Below, in pieces: positions 6,039-7,511 of a stretch of 7,511 bases of DNA (the first letter of the stretch is position 1; each line of letters starts with the position of its first letter). The notes beneath the pieces are model-generated. The model saw nothing but the letters and a program-made list of their open reading frames with translations. It was not told where the DNA came from and made no database searches. The position numbers and the translations under genes were made by a program. The stretch is from a virus. Its lineage: Duplodnaviria > Heunggongvirae > Uroviricota > Caudoviricetes. The DNA lies in IMG/VR virus record IMGVR_UViG_2698536395_000003, one strand, 5' to 3'.

Positions 6039-6220
6039 TGAAGCATCCTCACGATAATATCCGGGTAGGCACGATCACTTTCGTCTACTCCGTTACAAAG
6101 CGAGGCTGGGTATTTCCCGGCCTTTCTGTTATCCGAAATCCACTGAAAGCACAGCGGCTGGCTGAAGAGATAAATAATAAACGAGGGGCTGTATGCACAA
6201 AGCATCTCCTGTTGAATTAA
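6038..6220 (+). CDS. Small early-left protein, lambda orf60a-like, 60 aa
   Basis: ATG at 6038 with ribosome-binding site ggggag 8 nt upstream, overlapping the exo stop. The track ORF starts at 6032 but that ATG has no usable spacing to a ribosome-binding site. Position and size correspond to lambda orf60a. Confidence 0.7.
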   Translation: MKHPHDNIRVGTITFVYSVTKRGWVFPGLSVIRNPLKAQRLAEEINNKRGAVCTKHLLLN

Positions 6221-6384
6221 GAACGAGTATCGGGATGGCACATAGCCTCGCTCAAATTGGAGTCAGGTTTGTGCCAATACCAGTAGAAACAGACGAAGAA
6301 TTTCATACGTTAGCCACATCCCTTTCACAAAAGCTGGAAATGATGGCGGCGAAAGCAGAAGCAAACGAGAGAGACCCGGCATGA
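6193..6384 (+). CDS. Small early-left protein, lambda orf63-like, 63 aa
   Basis: 63-aa ORF overlapping the previous gene by 28 nt, matching the lambda orf60a/orf63 arrangement as I recall it. Confidence 0.7.
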   Translation: MHKASPVELRTSIGMAHSLAQIGVRFVPIPVETDEEFHTLATSLSQKLEMMAAKAEANERDPA

Positions 6385-6464
6385 CAACAACAGAATGCAT
6401 TTTTCTGGCAGCAGGCTTCATATTCTGTGTGCTTATGCTTGCCGACATGGGACTTGTTCAATGA
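6381..6464 (+). CDS. Candidate small hydrophobic peptide, 27 aa (MTTTECIFLAAGFIFCVLMLADMGLVQ)
   Basis: ATG 6381 overlaps the orf63 stop (ATGA) and its own stop overlaps the next ATG at 6461 (ATGA). A gagagag ribosome-binding-site-like motif lies 7 nt upstream. The product is a single predicted transmembrane-like helix. Below the track's length cut-off. Confidence 0.35.
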   Translation: MTTTECIFLAAGFIFCVLMLADMGLVQ

Positions 6465-6676
6465 CACCTCAGCAGGAAAACGCCCTTCGCAGCATTGCCC
6501 GTCAGGCTAATTCTGAAATCAAAAAAGCCAGACAGCAGTTTCCGGATAAAAACGTCGATGACATTTGCCGTAGCGTACTGAAGAAGCACCGCGAAACGGT
6601 AACGCTAATGGGATTCACACCGACTCATTTAAGTCTGGCGATCGGCATGTTAAACGGCGTCTTTAAGGAGCGATGA
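6461..6676 (+). CDS. Small early-left protein (lambda orf61-region homologue), 71 aa from ATG 6461; alternative 93-aa form from ATG 6395
   Basis: Open frame 6395-6676. The start choice is uncertain: the ATG at 6461 is translationally coupled to the upstream small ORF, while 6395 gives the longest ORF but lacks a ribosome-binding site. Confidence 0.55.
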   Translation: MTPQQENALRSIARQANSEIKKARQQFPDKNVDDICRSVLKKHRETVTLMGFTPTHLSLAIGMLNGVFKER

Positions 6677-6695
6677 ACATGAAAAGCAAAATCAT

Positions 6696-6722
6696 CAGGG
6701 AGCTACAGGCTCCTTTTTTATT
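6696..6722 (+). terminator. Rho-independent terminator between the orf61-like and TraR-like genes
   Basis: ggagc-tacag-gctcc hairpin followed by ttttttattgtt. Confidence 0.55.
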
Positions 6723-6774
6723 GTTCGCATTCACCCTCAAGCGTATTAACCAACAATTCAGGGATTAATGGAAG

Positions 6775-6996
6775 ATGGCAGACATCATTGATTCAGCATC
6801 AGAAATTGAAGAATTACAGCGCAACACAGCAATAAAAATGCACCGCCTGAACCACCAGGCTATATCTGCCACTCATTGTTGTGAGTGTGGCGATCCGATA
6901 GATGAACTAAGACGTCTGGCCGTTCAGGGTTGTCGGACTTGTGCAAGTTGCCAAGAGGATCTGGAGCTTATCAGTAAACAGAGAGGTTCGAAGTGA
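6775..6996 (+). CDS. TraR/DksA-family C4-type zinc-finger protein (lambda Orf73-like), 73 aa
   Basis: CxxC-N17-CxxC motif (CCECGDPIDELRRLAVQGCRTCASC) in a 73-aa protein, characteristic of TraR/DksA-like RNA polymerase secondary-channel binders. Ribosome-binding site ggaag upstream. Confidence 0.75.
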   Translation: MADIIDSASEIEELQRNTAIKMHRLNHQAISATHCCECGDPIDELRRLAVQGCRTCASCQEDLELISKQRGSK

Positions 6997-7301
6997 GCGA
7001 AATTAACTCTCAGGCACTGCGTGAAGCGGCAGAGCAGGCAATGCATGACGACTGGGGATTTGATGCGGACCTTTTCCATGAGCTGGTAACACCATCGATT
7101 GTGCTGGCACTGCTGGATGAACGGGAAAGAAACCAGCAATACATCAAACGCCGCGACCAGGAGAACGAGGAAATTGCGCTAACGGTAGGGAAGCTGCGTG
7201 TTGAGCTTGAGGAAGCAAAATCAAAACTCAACGAGCAGCGTGAGTATTACGAAGGTGTTATCTCGGATGGGAGTAAACGTATTGCTGAACTGGAGAAATG
7301 A
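6993..7301 (+). CDS. Hypothetical coiled-coil protein, probably the N-terminal part of an ea22-like gene truncated by the IS insertion; GTG start
   Basis: GTG 6993 overlaps the upstream stop (GTGA) with ribosome-binding site gagagg 6 nt upstream. The frame ends at a TGA (7299-7301) that coincides with the first bases of the IS-like left terminus. The heptad-rich C-terminal part (LTVGKLRVELEEAKSKLNEQREYYEG) suggests coiled coil. The ea22 assignment is positional inference only. Confidence 0.55.
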   Translation: MSEINSQALREAAEQAMHDDWGFDADLFHELVTPSIVLALLDERERNQQYIKRRDQENEEIALTVGKLRVELEEAKSKLNEQREYYEGVISDGSKRIAELEK

Positions 7302-7511
7302 GGTAGCCTGAGTTTAACGGACACTCATTCCTGAACTAGAAAGGCATCAGAAGGAGCTAATAATCAGCAGAAAAACCCAACGTTACTCTAAAGAGCTAAA
7401 AGCCGAAACTGTCAGAACGGTTCTTGAAAATAAACTTTCGATCAGTGAAGGCGCCTCCCGATTACCCCTTCTTGAAGGCACTTTAGGACAATGGGTTACC
7501 GCCGCCAGAAA
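7299..7511 (+). mobile_element. Left end of an IS3-family insertion sequence (IS600-like): terminal repeat starting TGAGGTAGCC... and the 5' part of transposase orfA; the element continues beyond the window end
   Basis: The sequence from 7299 begins with a TG...GGACAC-type IS3-family terminus. From 7363 the frame reads (I)SRKTQRYSKELKAETVRTVLENKLSISEGASRLPLLEGTLGQWVTAAR, which is the helix-turn-helix N-terminus typical of IS3-family OrfA and closely resembles what I recall of IS600 OrfA. Confidence 0.7.
7363..7511 (+). pseudogene. IS3-family transposase orfA, 5' partial; the expected start codon position reads ATC rather than ATG, so it is either a non-canonical start or an inactivated copy
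   Basis: Strong ribosome-binding site aaggag (7351-7356) 6 nt upstream of codon 7363-7365 (ATC). The frame has no ATG, GTG or TTG between the upstream stop and the conserved SRKTQRYSKE segment. The frame is open to the window end. Confidence 0.4.

Noticed and set aside
4461-6241. Minus-strand ORFs antisense to gam, bet, exo and orf60a (4461-4733, 4540-5016, 5142-5435, 5192-5458, 5721-6032, 5915-6241)
   Set aside because: They are antisense shadows of well-supported plus-strand genes in higher-GC DNA, with no ribosome-binding sites and no recognisable products.
6673-6768. 31-aa plus-strand ORF (MNMKSKIIRELQAPFLLFAFTLKRINQQFRD)
   Set aside because: The frame runs straight through the intrinsic terminator hairpin at 6696-6722, so the interval is more simply explained as a terminator and intergenic spacer.
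6263-7231. Minus-strand ORFs 6263-6448, 6924-7139 and 7010-7231
   Set aside because: They are antisense to the orf63, TraR-like and coiled-coil genes and have no supporting signals.

Overview
This window is the early-left / immunity region of a mosaic lambdoid (lambda-like) prophage of an enterobacterium, oriented opposite to the conventional lambda map. Reading left to right: the N-terminal part of a lambda-type O replication gene with its ori iterons (minus strand), an oop-like antisense RNA, a cII-family activator, nutR, a P22-type cro, the OR/PR/PRM operator region, a P22-type c2 repressor, OL/PL, nutL, a phage-21-type N antiterminator, then an AT-rich island with two uncharacterised genes, then lambda-type ea10, cIII, kil, gam, bet, exo and four small downstream ORFs (including a TraR/DksA-like zinc-finger protein), and finally a gene truncated by an IS3-family (IS600-like) insertion that runs off the window end. 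The most interesting part is the AT-rich two-gene island (about 2390-3480) between N and ea10, at the position where lambda carries sieB and ral; it looks like a horizontally acquired cassette of unknown function and is the best candidate for an undescribed exclusion, defence or anti-defence module. All protein identifications are from recalled sequence and motif recognition without database searches, so coordinates of regulatory sites and all functional calls for the island are provisional.
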